A program made the translations under genes and the position numbers. 64,000 nt of DNA from Chiloscyllium plagiosum (Eukaryota), in assembly GCF_004010195.1 (NCBI RefSeq), contig NC_057732.1:36872607-36936606 (forward strand), read 5' to 3'. Shown here one piece after another: positions 12,106 through 25,006 of the stretch (position 1 is the first letter of the stretch; each line of letters begins with the position of its first letter). The notes below the pieces were generated by a model, which searched no databases, was not told where the DNA came from, and saw nothing but the letters and a program-made list of their open reading frames with translations.

Positions 12106-12776
12106 GAGAGGGCTCTCGGCACAATGTACAACGTTAACCCAAGTCCGCAGTAAGAGTTAAAAAAATGTGAGGGGTTCGGGGACTCTTGTGGTGCAGTGGC
12201 AATGTTCCTGTCTTTGGACTAGGAGGTCCAAGTTCAAGTTCCATCTGTTCTGGAGGTGTATAATAACGCATCTAAAAATGTTAAATTTTTGAAAAACAAG
12301 GGGTGTTCAGGTGGGCAGTGCTTGTATTTGCTGCTTGCTTAGTGAGTTAATTGGGTGATTTGATGGTGGGTTTTTCAAAATTGAAAGAAAAGCTAAATTC
12401 TTTGGATGTTTAATTTCATTGGTCCTGAGTATTAAAAATATTTTTATAAAGCCATAAAATTAGTGGGGTTTGGCTTCTGGACAGGGAAAGGATCCAGAAG
12501 GGAAAGGTGGAAACTGGTGTTTGTGCTAAGCTGAAGATTTACAACAAAATCCTTTTAATCTCTGAAAGGCTTTTGCTGCTGAATTCAACATATGAATGTC
12601 AGTCTGTTATACAATTCACACTGATGTTCGCAATGACACAGGCATTATGGGACTATATGACCTCATTATATTTCATTGATAAACTTTCACTATCTTCAGA
12701 CTATTCTGCTTTGCTGATGTGAAGGTAAAGGTTGAAGTCATGCTGTACATGAATACTATTTGAAAAGAACACTTAC

Positions 12777-12857
12777 CTTTTCCAGATCCCCCAGAGTCCC
12801 TTTAACTGTGGGCTTAGACAGCAGTGTCACTACATCTTCTGTGCTCAGTACTGGTTC
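12777..12857 (-). CDS. PTPDC1: PTPDC1-like exon (EPVLSTEDVVTLLSKPTVKGTLGDLEK)
   Basis: Boundaries ttctctgcag / AAG|gtaagt, 81 nt; aligns to EPVITKEDVDML...LEK. Confidence 0.88.
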
Positions 12858-13804
12858 CTGCAGAGAAGAATAAGGCCCATGATCAGCTGATTCAGAGTCA
12901 TAATCAACCCTGTTTGATTTCACTCTCAGCAACCCAATCTCCAATTTTCACACAACTCTCCAGAAAATACAAACTGTTGTCAGGTCTACAGTCCTGAGAT
13001 CTGTTCGCGTTACAGAGAGACCAGTTTCTGCTTATGGACTTGATTCTGTTCACATTCTAAACAGGATTTCCCAGAGAGTGATGCTATGACATGGCAGATT
13101 ACTCCTCTGCAAAGCCACAGGCTCTGAGGTCAATCAGAACTTCCCATACCCCTTCAGTGTTCTCCAAATGAAGATACAAAATAATATTGATGTAATATAC
13201 CACAACAGGGAAGGTTCACATATAGAGACTGAGGCAGGTTAGGATGGTGTGCTGCTCATACTATTGCACTAGTAACCCAGAGGCCTGCACTTAAAAAGCC
13301 AAAAAACCTGAGCTTGAGTTCCATAATGCCAGTTGAGAATTCCAGTTCTGTTTCGAAAACCAGGAATATAAAGGCGGGATCAGTAAAAGTGACCTGGCCA
13401 ACAGGTTCACAAATGCACTTAGAGGAAAGAAACCTACCATACTTACTGGCACATATGTGATTCATGGTATTATGAGACTATTCCTATGGCAACATAATAT
13501 TGTTGACTGTTAAGTGACTTCTGAAGTGACCTAGCAAACCACTTGGTGCATCGGCTCACCAAATACATTTTAGGATAATTGGGGAAGTGTAATCAATGCC
13601 AGCCTTGCCAGCAGTGCCACATCAGAGAATGAATAAAAGTCATTGAAAGTTCCTTCTAGGCCATCAATCTTAAAATTGGGACAAATGCACAGAGCATTGG
13701 TTGTGGAAGCTTGTAACTTGGATCCAATGCAATGTAGCCCCATGGTTCATTGCGTCAGTCTTGCTGGTCTATGACCTATTTCCTGTTCAGATAGAATGAT
13801 CAAC

Positions 13805-13906
13805 CTTGAGGTGTTCCAGCCAGCTCCACATCAGCATGCTGAGAATCCTGGGATCATCTTCTGCAGTCAGGCGGCCCCAGGCCCCCTCGTTCTCATTTAG
13901 CACCAC
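13805..13906 (-). CDS. PTPDC1: PTPDC1-like exon (VVLNENEGAWGRLTAEDDPRILSMLMWSWLEHLK)
   Basis: Boundaries tttttctaaag / AAG|gttgat, 102 nt; aligns to KELNSRDGAWERICGERDPFILCSLMWSWVEQLK. Confidence 0.9.
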
Positions 13907-13959
13907 CTTTAGAAAAATGAGAAAGACAGAGCTCATTAAAGCTTCAATATAAATACATT

Positions 13960-14750
13960 AAGGGGCGATGCAGGAAGTTAAAATGAGATGAACAGATAGA
14001 TCAAGGGAAAGTTAAGGAGAATCACACAGGAACATCTGGAGAGCGACACAAGACAGTAAAGACGTAATAATGGAGAACCTGACATCCAGGGAGAAACAAA
14101 CACATAGAAAGTGAGAGAGAAATTCTAGAGTGAGTGAGAGAAATTGTGAGATTTCGGGAAAGAGAGAGATGGAGGACAATCTCAAAAGCAATAAGGGATG
14201 GACATCAAATGATAGACTAGACAGTGACATGTGCACCCATGAAGAATTTCTAAAAATTGAGAACAATAGAAATATTGAAACAGACAAAGATAGAGGAAGG
14301 AGACAAGAGAAAGAAAAAAAAAAGTGGTAAAGATAAAGATACAAAGAGGGTAGAATTGGAGGAAGTGTAAGACAAAGGAATAGAAAGGAATAGAAATAGA
14401 GTTAAAGAGCGACACAACAGAAAAAACATGTCAGGCATATAGATAGAAAGGCACTTACAGTGAGACTGATGGAGATAGAAGTAAATAGAGTGAGAGACAG
14501 AAAGACAGTTAAAGAGAAACTCATCAGGAGAGACACAGAGAGAACAGCAGATAGGATGAGAAAATAAATTAGAGTCAGAGACAGTGAGTCAGAAACAGGA
14601 AGAGATGGATAAAGAATTATAGCAATGGAGACAGTGAGATACTGATAGAGCAATAGAAACAGAAGGAATATAAAAGACAGCCAGAAAAAAGAGACAGTGT
14701 CAGCAACACAGAGAGGGTAAGAGTGTGTAAGACAGAAAGAAAAAGGCATC
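13960..14750. repeat. GA-rich low-complexity region / decayed microsatellite
   Basis: Strong purine bias with GAGA/GACA/GATA units; produces spurious Leu/Ser/Phe-rich ORFs on the minus strand. Confidence 0.75.
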
Positions 14751-15418
14751 ACACAAGTAGTTGATGCATACCACAATTGTTTAAAATCCATTCAAGAGAT
14801 TCCAGTTTGTAACTTAGGATGTTGTAAAATATTTTACAGCCAATTAAATACTTTTGAAATGTAGTATTGTGCTAATGTAGAATTGTATCAATGTATGCAA
14901 GTTCCAAAAATAACAATGAGATAGATAAACAGATAACTTGCTTTTAGATATTAATTAAGGAATACACATATGGCAAACAAACATGGACACTTCTTCAAAG
15001 TAGTAGCATGGGGCCTGTTCCACCCGCCTGAGAGGCCAAACAAGGTTTTGGTTTCATATCTTATCCAAAAAAAGAGTGCCTAAGTGTCTAAATGCCTATG
15101 ACAGTGACGTTTTTCCCCAATATAACACTGCAAGCGTATGGATAGATTTTGTGTTCAAGTCTGTTGTTGGAACCTGATCTACATACATTCCTGATGAAAG
15201 ACTTATGCCGAAAATTTTAACTCTCTTGCTCCTCGGATGCTGCCTGACCTGCTGTGCTTTTCCCAGTGCCGCACTTTTCAACTCCCACAAAATTCAGGGG
15301 CAAGAGTGCCAAATTCCAATAGTGACTGAATTCCAAAGTACTTGTTTGGCTATAAAGTCATTTGGAAAGTCCTGAGGTTGTGAGAGTGCTACATAAATGC
15401 AAGTCTTGCTGAAAGCTG

Positions 15419-15836
15419 AGAGTCATAGGGTCATAGAGATGTACAGCATGGAAACAGACACTTTGGTCCAACCCGTCCATGCTGACCAGATATCCCAACC
15501 CAATCTAGTCCCACCTGCCAGCACTCGGCCCACATCCCTCCAAACCCTTCCTATTCATATACCCACCCAAATGCCTCTTAAATGTTGCAATTGTACCAGC
15601 CTCCACCACATCCTCTGGCAGCTCATTCCATACATGTACCACCCTCTGCATGGAAAATTTGCCCCTTAGGTCTCTTTTGTATCTTTCCCCTCACCCTAAA
15701 CCTATGCCCTCTAGTTCTGGACTCCCCGACCCCAGGGAAAAGACTATTTATCCTATCCAAGCCCCTCATAATTTTGTAAACCTCTATAAGGTCACCCCTC
15801 AGCCTCCGACACTCCAGGGAAAACAGCCCCAGCCTG
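15419..15836 (-). mobile_element. CR1/HER1 LINE 3' end
   Basis: Reverse complement of the CR1 tail (gagtcatag..., LFSLE.RRLRGDLIEVYKI). Confidence 0.9.
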
Positions 15837-16167
15837 AGACAGCACAAAATATGCAAGAAGAAATATCTGATAAAGGAAAAGCAACAATCATGGGTGAACT
15901 TAATTTACTTATAAACAACAAAATAAGATAGATGATGGTAGTTTAGATGAGGAGTTCAAGAATGCATTTGAGACACTTTCTTAAAGCAACACATTTTGGA
16001 ACTGACCCAGAGAGCATGTTATGGATTTATGTTGTGTTCAGCAAAAGTGAGGATTGCAGATGCTGGAAACCAGAGTTTAGATCAGAGTGGTGCTGGAAAA
16101 GTACAGCAGGTCAGGCAGCATCTGAGCAGGAAAAGTTTTGGCAAAAGCCCTTCATCAGAAACATAAT

Positions 16168-16508
16168 ATGAATAGGCAAAATTTTTTCTCTGGGGTTGGG
16201 GAGTCCAGAACTCGAGGGCATAGGTTTAGAGTGAGAGGGGAAAGATATTAAAGAAACCTAAGAGGCAACTCTTTCACGCAGAGGGTGGTACGTGTATGGA
16301 ATGAGCTGTCAGAGGAAGTGGTGGAGGCTGGTACAATTGCAACATTTAAGAGGCATTTGGATGGGTATATGAATAGGAAGGGTTTGGAGGGATATGGGCC
16401 GGGTGCTGGCAGGTGGGACTAGATTGGGTTGGGATATCTGGTCGGCATGGACGGTTTGGACCGAAGGGTCTGTTTCCATGCTGTACATCTCTATGACTCT
16501 ATGACTCA
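16168..16508 (+). mobile_element. CR1/HER1 LINE 3' end
   Basis: Same family as 3558-3900; ends in CTCTATGACTCTATGACTC. Confidence 0.9.
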
Positions 16509-16509
16509 C

Positions 16510-18310
16510 TCTGATCCAAACCACTTATATTGTGTTAAACCAAGGATCAATTAATGACCTCAGAGTTAAGGTACCCCTAGGTTGCACAAAATGATTGCAT
16601 TTTACATCCACTTTTAACAGGGTAGATTTGGTGCAAGACTAGTGTTTTAAACCTAAATAAGGGCTGCCTTGTGGGTATAGGGGTTGAGCTAGCCAAATTG
16701 AAATAGTATATTAAAGCAGGAGGTAGATCAGTACGGACACGCTGGCATATATTTAAGGGAATATTTTAGAATACACAGAATGAATATATTCCCACTATAA
16801 AGAAAAAAAATTAAGGGAAGGATCCACCATCTGTGATTAACTATAAGTCAGAAAAAGTGTCAAACGTAAGGAACAGACATATAACTGCAGTGATCAGTGA
16901 CAGGTCATATGATGATTCAGAATACAACGTATGGTAGAAAATGTGTAAAAGGACTATCACGTGGAAGAAATTAGAATATGAGAAGTAGCCAGATAGGAAT
17001 ATAAAAACGGACAGCAAGAGTTTCTACAAGTAATTAAAAAGGAAAAGAGTAAATAAAGTGAGTATTGGTCCACCAGAGAGTGCGAATGGAGAGTTGACGG
17101 TAGATTATAAGGAAAAGGTGGATTAAGTGAACAAATATTTTGCTTCTCCTTTCACTATAGAGAAAACACAAAACATTTTAGCAATAGCTGTAAGCCAAGA
17201 GGTGGAAGGGAGAGAGAAACGTAGTGGAAGTATAATAATGAGTTAAATAGTACTCAGCAAATCAATGGAACTGTGAACCTCACCCAGGGCCTTAAAAGAG
17301 GTTGCTACTAAGGAGGTAAATGCATTGGGGTTAATTTTCCAAATTTCCATTGACACAGGAAAGATTCCAGCACAATGGAAATTAGCAAATATAACCTCTT
17401 TGCCCAAGAAGGGAATAAGGCAGAAAACAGGTAATTCTAGGGCAGCAAGCTTAACATCTGTAGTGATGAAGCTGTTAGGCTCAATCATTAAAGAGATTAT
17501 AGCTGTGCACTTGGAAAAACCCAAGATCGTCAGGAAGAGTCAAGCCAGTTTTGTCAAAGGTAGATCATGTTTAATAAATTTATTGGATTTCTCTGAAGGA
17601 GTAACCTGCACTGTGTGTAAAGGTATCATGCTTGGAATTCCATTAGTCACACAATAAGGTCTCACATCAAAAATTATTGCAGAAAATAAAAGCTCATGGC
17701 TTTGAGTGAAACATATTGGTGTGGATAGAAATTTGGTTCGCTGGCAGAGAACAGAGACTCTGATGATGAGAGCAAAGACATTCGCAGACAACACAAAAAA
17801 TTGGACGGAAATTACTCTGTGAATAAGACATAAGTAAATTGTAGGTGGATACAGATTGATTGAGATTGTAAAAATCTGGCTGATGAAGAAATATGCGAAA
17901 TTATTCACCTTTGCAGAAAGAAATATAAAGCAGAGTATTAGTTAAACGCAGAATGACCCCTGAGGTACAGAGGGATTTCAGTGTTTTGATGCATGGATCA
18001 CAAAAAGTTAATATGCAGGTACAGCACATAATGAAAAAGACTAATGGCATGTTATAGTTTATTCGGAGAGGAATTGAGCATAAAACTAAGGATGGTATAC
18101 TTCAATTATAGCATTACTGACACCACATCTCAAATACTATGTGTAGTTTTGGTCTCCTTATTTAAGGAAGGACGCAAATTTATTGAAGTAGCATACAGGA
18201 GTTCTACTGGAAATGAGTGTGTTGTTTCATGTGGATAGGTTGGATAGGCTTGTTTCGATTGGAGTTTAAAGGAGAGAGGAGTGAGTTGACTGAAATGTAT
18301 AAGAATCTGA
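16510..18310 (+). mobile_element. Old degenerate CR1 LINE ORF2
   Basis: WKLANIT.LPKKG and FVKGRSCLINLLDF motifs with many disablements; an earlier part of the same element is likely at ~15840-16040. Confidence 0.8.
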
Positions 18311-18870
18311 ATCAAAAGCAAATTGCTGAAGAAACCCAGCAGGTCTAGCAGCACCTGTGGAGACAAAACAGTGTTAGCATTTTGAGTCCAGTAATCCTTC
18401 ATCAGAAATGAAAGCACCTAGGAGAAAGTAGTATTTATGCTAACAACTGGGGGATGGGTCAGTGGGGAGTGGAGGAGAGTCAGCAGGCAGGTGGAGATGC
18501 AGCCCAGAGAGCATTAGGCAGGTAAAGGATTTGTTGTGAGTAAGCTAGGGAAGAAAAAAAGCTGCATAGGTGATAATGGGGGCTATGGGTGGGTGAACGT
18601 TGGCCATGTGCTGAAAGCTAGTCATGCCATACAGGACCTGGGGAGTGGGGCTGGGTAGCAGGCATGAAAGGATCATGATTGAACTTGATATTGAATCCTG
18701 AAGGCTACAAAGACTCCAAGCAGAAGATGAGATGCTGTTCCTCTCTATAACGCTGCTGCAAGCATAAGTTAAATGTCAGCATGGGAGCATAGTGGTGTGT
18801 TGAAGTGGCATGCAATTGGAAGTTTGGGGACATTTTTATGGACAGAATGTAGGTGTTCTCCAAAGTAGCA
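18310..18870 (-). mobile_element. Penelope-like element fragment
   Basis: Same terminal motif as the other hammerhead-bearing copies (ccttcatcag at ~18397), followed by a G-rich tract and decayed ORF sequence. Confidence 0.55.
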
Positions 18871-19479
18871 ACACGAGTGTTTAAGAAAGAAAAGCTTGAG
18901 TTTATTTAAAACATGTTGTAACTTCAATTTAAGATCTGACCAGTGTACTGTTAGAAATAAGTTATCTAATCATTTATCACATTGCCATTTGCAGAACCTT
19001 GCTGTTGACAAATTGGTTGCTGCATTTCCTACATAGCACCATGATATTTTACATCTATGTGACAGGGCAGAAGGGCTTAATGTGCTGTTTCATTTGATAA
19101 ATAGCGCTTCTGACTGTGTAGTTTTCTCTCAGTATTGTACTGGAAGTGTGTGGGTAGGTTTTGAGTTCAATCGTGTGGTGTGGGGCTTGACCCACAACCT
19201 TCTGACTTAAACACAAGTGCCAAAAACGTGATAGTCATCAATAAATCCAGTAGAGAAGTTAGAAGAAAATTATTTACCAGGAAGTGACTTGAATGTCAAA
19301 CTTGCTGCCAAATGGAGTAATTGGGGAAAATAACATAGATACATTTATGCTAGATAGGCCTGTAAGGAATTAAGGCATGTTGACTGGCTAAATGAAGCAG
19401 AATGGGAGGCCGCTCCAGAGGAGTGCTGCTATACTTGTTGGACCGAACAACCTGTTTCTGTGCTGTAAATAATAGAAGA

Positions 19480-19710
19480 CTATTCAGCCCATCAAGTCCA
19501 CACTGACCCTCTGAAAAGCAATCCACCCACCCTATAATTCTGTATTTACTACACTTCCCTGGACACTGTGGGCAATTTAGCATAGTCTTTGGACTATGGG
19601 AGGAGAGACATAGGGAGAGTGTACAAACTTAACACAGTGACCTGGTGCTGGAATCGAACCCAGATCCCAGGCACTGTGAGGCAACAGTGCTAACCACTGA
19701 GCCACCATGC
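19480..19710 (-). mobile_element. HE1-like tRNA-derived V-SINE (degenerate)
   Basis: Homologous to the copies at 36916, 56857 and 60296; tRNA A/B box-like head GGCTCAGTGGTTAG...GGTTCGATTCC. Confidence 0.75.
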
Positions 19711-20160
19711 AATACTTTGCAAATGGTTCAAAGAGGTTGGTTAAGGGAAGAATTTCTGTTCTGAATCCTATTTGTTTGATTATTTTCAAACAGATCTTAC
19801 CAAAACTGATTATATTCCCATGCTTCTAACAGGACTGGAATTAGTCCTGTCAGATGGAAATGGAAGCCTTTTAAGGAATTCTTCCATCACAGGTGTACCT
19901 ACTATGTAGCTCACAAAAAGGATGTGGGGCACAACTGGATGAAAAGATTAGGGTGGGTGGGTGAACAGGTATATGGAAATTATTAGGCATAAGAGAACCC
20001 TGGTCCATCTTCTTCCATCTTGATAACTGCATGCTACAATGCTAATGGTGTTGCTCATACCCTTGGTACCAAACAACCATTTCATTCAAGAATTCAATCT
20101 AACTTTGACTTTCAATGACTCAGCAGTCCCACAACAGTAAGCATGTATGTGACTCATTAC

Positions 20161-20304
20161 CTTCCAGAGACGGACTTTCATTAACAATTCGTTGTCCATT
20201 GGTGGGCACTCTGACATTGCCCTGGCAACCTCGTCCAGGAGAGGCCCATGTTTATCCATTTTTCTGCCTGATCCTTTTACTGATTGGCTCCAATGGATAT
20301 TGCT
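20161..20304 (-). CDS. PTPDC1: PTPDC1-like exon (SNIHWSQ...LLDEVARAMSECPPMDNELLMKVRLWK)
   Basis: Boundaries ctattctgcag / AAG|gtaatg, 144 nt, phase 0-0; the end resembles PTPDC1 ...ELKRKVEMWQ. Confidence 0.8.
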
Positions 20305-20362
20305 CTGCAGAATAGAACAAAATAAGAGTAAAGTGACAGACTCTTGATATTGTTCTTGGTTT

Positions 20363-22118
20363 GTGACCAGAGAGAGAATAGGACCCCTCAAAGATCAGCA
20401 AGGCGGCCTTTGCGTGGAACCGCAGAAAATGGGGGAGATACTAGACAAGTATTTTACATCAGTATTTACTGTGGAAAAGGACATGGAAGATATAGAATGC
20501 AGGGAAATAGATGGTGACATCTTGAAAAATGTCCATATTACAGTAGAGGAAGTGCTGGGTGTCTTGAAACGCATAAAGGTGGATAAATTCCCAGGACCTG
20601 ATCAGGTGTACCCTAGAGCTCTGTGGGAAGCTAGAGAAGTGATTGCTGGGTGTCTTGCTGAGATATTTATATCATTGGTAGTCACAGGTGAGGTGCTAGA
20701 AGACTGGAGGTTGGCTAACATGGTGCCACTGTTTAAGAAGGGTGGTAAGGACAAGCCAGGGAACTATAGACCAATGAGCCTGACGGCGGTGGTGGGCAAG
20801 TTGTTGGAGGGAATCCTGAGGGACAGGATGTACAAGAAAGGCAAGGACTGATTAGAGATAGTCAACATGGCCTTGTGCGTGGGATATCATTTCTCACAAA
20901 CTTGATTGAGTTTTTAAAAGAAATAACAAAGAAGATTGATGAGGGCAGAGCAATAGATGTGATCTATATGGACTTCAGTAAGGCATTCGACAAGGTTCCC
21001 CATGGGAGACTGGTTAGCAAGGTTAGATCTCATGGAATACAGGGAGAACTAACCATTTGGATACAGAACTAGCTCAAAGGTAGAAGATAGAGGGTGGTGG
21101 TGGAGGGTTGTTTTTCAGACTGGAGACCTATGACCAGTGGAATGCCACAAGGATTGGTGCTGGTCCTCTATATTTCGTCATTTACATAAATGATTTGGAT
21201 GCGAGCATAAGAGGTACAGTTAGTAAGTTTGCAGATGACACCAAAATTGGAGGTGAAGTGAACAGCGAAGAAGGTTACCTCAGATTACAACAGGATCTTG
21301 ATCAGATGGGCCAATGGGCTGAGGAGTGGCAGATGGAGTTTTGGAATTTATTTTGGAAAATAATTTTGGAAAAGCAAATCTTACCAGGACTTATACACTA
21401 ATGGTAAGGTCCTAGGGAGTGTTGCTGAACAAAGAGACCCTGGAATGCAGGTTCATAGCTCCTTGAAAGTGGAGTCGCTGGTAGATAGGATTGTGAAGAA
21501 GGCGTTTGGTATGCTTTCCTTTATCGGTCAGAGTATTGAGTACAGGAGATGGAAGGTATGTTGCGGTTGTACAGGACATTGGTTAGGCTACTATTGGAAT
21601 AATGCATGCAATTCTGGTCTCCTTCCTATTGGAAAGATGTTGTGAACTTGAAAGGGTTCAGAAAGGATTTACAAGGATGCTGCCAGGGTTGGAGGATTTG
21701 AGTTATAGGGAGAGGCTGGACAGGCTGTGGCTGTTTTCCCTGGAGCATTGGAGGCGGAGAGGTGACCTTACAGAGGTTTACAAAATTATAAGGGGCATGG
21801 ATAGGGTAAATAGTCCAGAACTAGCGGGCATAGATCTAGGGTGAGAGGGAAATGATATAAAAGAGACCTGAAAGGCAACCTTTTCACACAGAGGGTGGTA
21901 CGTGTATGGAATGAGCTGCCAGAGGAAGTGATGGAGGCTGGTACAACTGCAACATTCAAAAGGTATTTGGATGGGTTTATGAATAGGAAGGGTTTGGAGG
22001 GATATGGGCCATATGCTGGCAGGTGGGACTAGATCGGGTTGGGATGTCTAGTCGGCATGGACGGGTTGGACCAAAGGGTCTGTTTCCATGCTTTACATCT
22101 CTATGACTCTATGACTCT
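20363..22118 (+). mobile_element. 5'-truncated CR1/HER1 LINE (RT domain and 3' UTR)
   Basis: GNYRP.SLT, DFSKAFDKVPH and KFADDTKIGG motifs; frameshifted; tail CTCTATGACTCTATGACTCTA. Confidence 0.93.
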
Positions 22119-23567
22119 AAGCATCCAGATCCCTCACCGGTGTCGACGCTTTGGGATGGGTTGCCATCCATTTGCCCTTCTCTCAGCCAGGACACCTTCA
22201 TTGGAAGTAGCATCACTTTACACTTGGAGTGTTGCGGATATGGACCTTCTGCAAACTCTGACCCCCCCCACCGCCATTCTCAGTGTATCATTCCCAGGGG
22301 GCAGCTGTACATTTTCATTACGACAGTTGGGAAATCCAAATTCACACACAAAAGAAAAACAGGGGCTATTGGACAGTGATTTTCCTGCCAAGGTGTCCTT
22401 AACACCACTCCCAAAAGAAATCAGTGTCTGTCAGAGTCAGAATGTTGTTGGTTCCACTCCAGAGTCCTGAGCACATAATCCAGGCAGTGATCCAAGCAGT
22501 ACTGAGGGAACATTGCACTATTGGAAATGCTATCTTTTCGGCAAGGTGTGGTAGTAGGCTATTAATGCACTGAGCCAGTTCCACCATACAACAATATCAT
22601 GGCTGCTCTGATTGTAACATCAAATCTACATTCCTACCTACCCTTGATGATGTTCTAACCCTTTAGTTATTAAGAGTCCATCTACCTCTGCTTCAAATAT
22701 ATTCAAAGACTCTGCTTCCACTACCTTGCCAAGAAGAGAGTTCTGAATCCTCTGAGAAAAAAAAAGTTCACCTCATCTCTGTACTAAATGGGTGACCCCT
22801 CATTTTTCAACAGTGGCCTTTAGTTCTAGATTTCCCCTTAAAAGGAAACATCCACTCTCTTTACACCTACTGAGTCAAGAGCTCTTAGGATCTTAAATGT
22901 GTCTATCAAATCAAGTCATGTCTTACTCCTCTGAACTCCTTCAGTTCTGGTTTTGTATATCCAACCTTTTCTCATAAGAGGGGAAACTTACCAGCCATTC
23001 CAGATCATAGTCTGGTAAACTTTCTCTGAACTGCTTCCAATACATTTACGTTCTGTTGACAAATTGGTTGTTGCCTTTGCTACATGGCATCAGAAAATAC
23101 TTCACATCTATGTGGGAGGTCAGACAGGCTTAGCTTACTGTCTTATTTGATAAATAGTATTTCTGACTTCTCTCAGTACTGTACTGGAAGTGTGTGAGTA
23201 GATTTTGAGTTCAAGCGTGTGGTGTGGAACTTGAACCCACAACCGTCTGACATGGACACGAGTGCCAAAAATATCATAGTCATCAATAAATCCACTGCAG
23301 AACTTAGAAGAAATTTTTTCACAAGAAAGTGGTTAGAATTAGGACTTGTTGCCATATGCAGCAACTGTCAAGTCAAATAAGTGACCACTTCTCTTCGTAA
23401 TACTTCAAATGCAGTCTCACCCATACAACTGCAGCATAACTTCTCAACTTAAGCAGTCTACCTGATGTAAACAACCCTAAAGTGAAAATAGGATAGAGCA
23501 GGCAGAATTTGTGCCTGGTGTGGTATTGATGTGCATTGCTACACCTTAATTTGATACCAGTCCATAC

Positions 23568-23801
23568 CTTCCTTGAGGCTGTAGATAAAAGGCCGGTGTT
23601 GGTCAGTAAAGAGTTCCCTTGCCTTGTCAGCTTGAATCCTGCAGCGTGGTCAGTCTGCAATGGGTTCCTGTCTCTAACAAAGTTCTCCTTGCCCTCACAG
23701 CTGAAAGAACGTTTCACCAGATTAGCTGGCCTGCTGAAGACAAGTTCCAAAGCTGTGGCTCGACATTGACCCATTAACAAAGGTTGCTGTGTACTGGTGT
23801 C
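23568..23801 (-). CDS. PTPDC1: PTPDC1-like linker exon (DTSTQQPLL...LVKRSFSCEG...STASRK)
   Basis: Boundaries ttctcctttaag / AAG|gtatgg, 234 nt open, phase 0-0. This is a poorly conserved linker, so support is structural only. Confidence 0.6.
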
Positions 23802-24392
23802 CTTAAAGGAGAATTTAACCACAGATTTAGTCACTTAATACGTTTGGGTTGGTGGCACTGGAAGCATTAAATTATATGCAGCTTACATCTATTTCTCCTC
23901 CATGTCAATGTTAAAATGAACAAACAGAAAGTTACATAACCATCTAGTTCATAAAAGTGACCACTACTCCCCTTTACCAAAGTAAAGAATCAGAAAGTTT
24001 TTTTACTTTTTACTTAAACTACGCCATTTTGGAAATGTCAAGTGTTTGATAGACACAGAATGAGAAAAGACCAATTTGTCTTGCAACATTATCCTGTCTC
24101 AGCTCATGTACATTTTATTTGATCACAGTTTCTATCCACATAGTCAATGTTTCTCAAAAGCTTACCTACACTTCACCCAGTCATGTACTCTATCTTAATT
24201 TCCTTCATCAACTCATATAATGCATATGTACTTGAGCCATACTTTAAGCTCTATACTATAGCAGATTCTGTATATGACAAAATTGTCAGAGTAAAGGCCC
24301 CCCAAAAAAACCTCTGATGAAGTTCCATTCCCTGGAACCTCCTTGTTACTTTCTTTAGATCCTGGATTACAGTCAGCTCTTGATGGGGTTAC

Positions 24393-25006
24393 CTGTGTTT
24401 GATGTGTGCGAGTGATTCCAGGGAGGTTAGAGTCGCTGAGGGTCCGCAATAGTCTTGGCATCATTCTGAGTTGAGCCTTTGTGCCCCAAGCAGGCAGAGA
24501 AGCCTGATCAAATAAGCCGGCTGCAGAGGTAGGGGGCCGCAGTGCATTGTCAGGGTCTTCTGGCTCCTGGTTTGCCAGGAGAAATTCTGGTGAGTTAATG
24601 AAGGAAGTGATGGTTGCTCTGATGTGCATGGTCAGTGTGCGGTCAATCACTTCCTTTTGTACCTCCAACTGTACCATAGAAGAGTCGTCCTTGTCAAATG
24701 CGACCTGCAGAAGCCTCTTGCAAATGAAGTCCACTATTTTGGGCACATGTTTGAGATGCCGGGCCTCATATCCATGCAGCAGATGCCGCTGGCGGTGGAG
24801 GTACTGTTCCAAGGTGATAGGATGGGCGTACAAACTCACATCTGTGAACATCGTCCTGTGAGAGTCTACAAACTGGGCAAAGTCATAAACCAAATTAATT
24901 TGAGTGCGTGTCTGGATGGAGCAAGGACGTTTGATCCGAACAAAGTGAATGGCTTCACTGGGGCTGACCCGTGTGGCATAAACCAGGTAACAGGCGATCA
25001 GGACTC
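24393..25006 (-). CDS. PTPDC1: PTPDC1-like large exon (GVLIACYLVYATRVSPSEAIHFVRIKRPCSIQTR...LEQYLHRQRHLLHGYEARHLKHVPKIV...LRTLSDSNL...QTQ)
   Basis: Acceptor ctgatag; strong PTPDC1 motifs QYLxRQRHLLHGYEAR and RPxSIQTR. Donor CAG|gtaacc chosen; a weaker in-phase donor exists at 24312. Confidence 0.9.

Noticed and set aside
14012-14791. Hydrophobic, transmembrane-looking ORFs (also 9156-9516 and 43087-43339)
   Set aside because: Artefacts of translating GA/CT-rich low-complexity DNA.
22138-22305. Exon-like segment on the minus strand with donor CCG|gtgagg inside the phosphatase gene
   Set aside because: All frames from the plausible acceptor hit stops, and the longest open frames end in phase 1 or 2, incompatible with the phase-0 neighbours.
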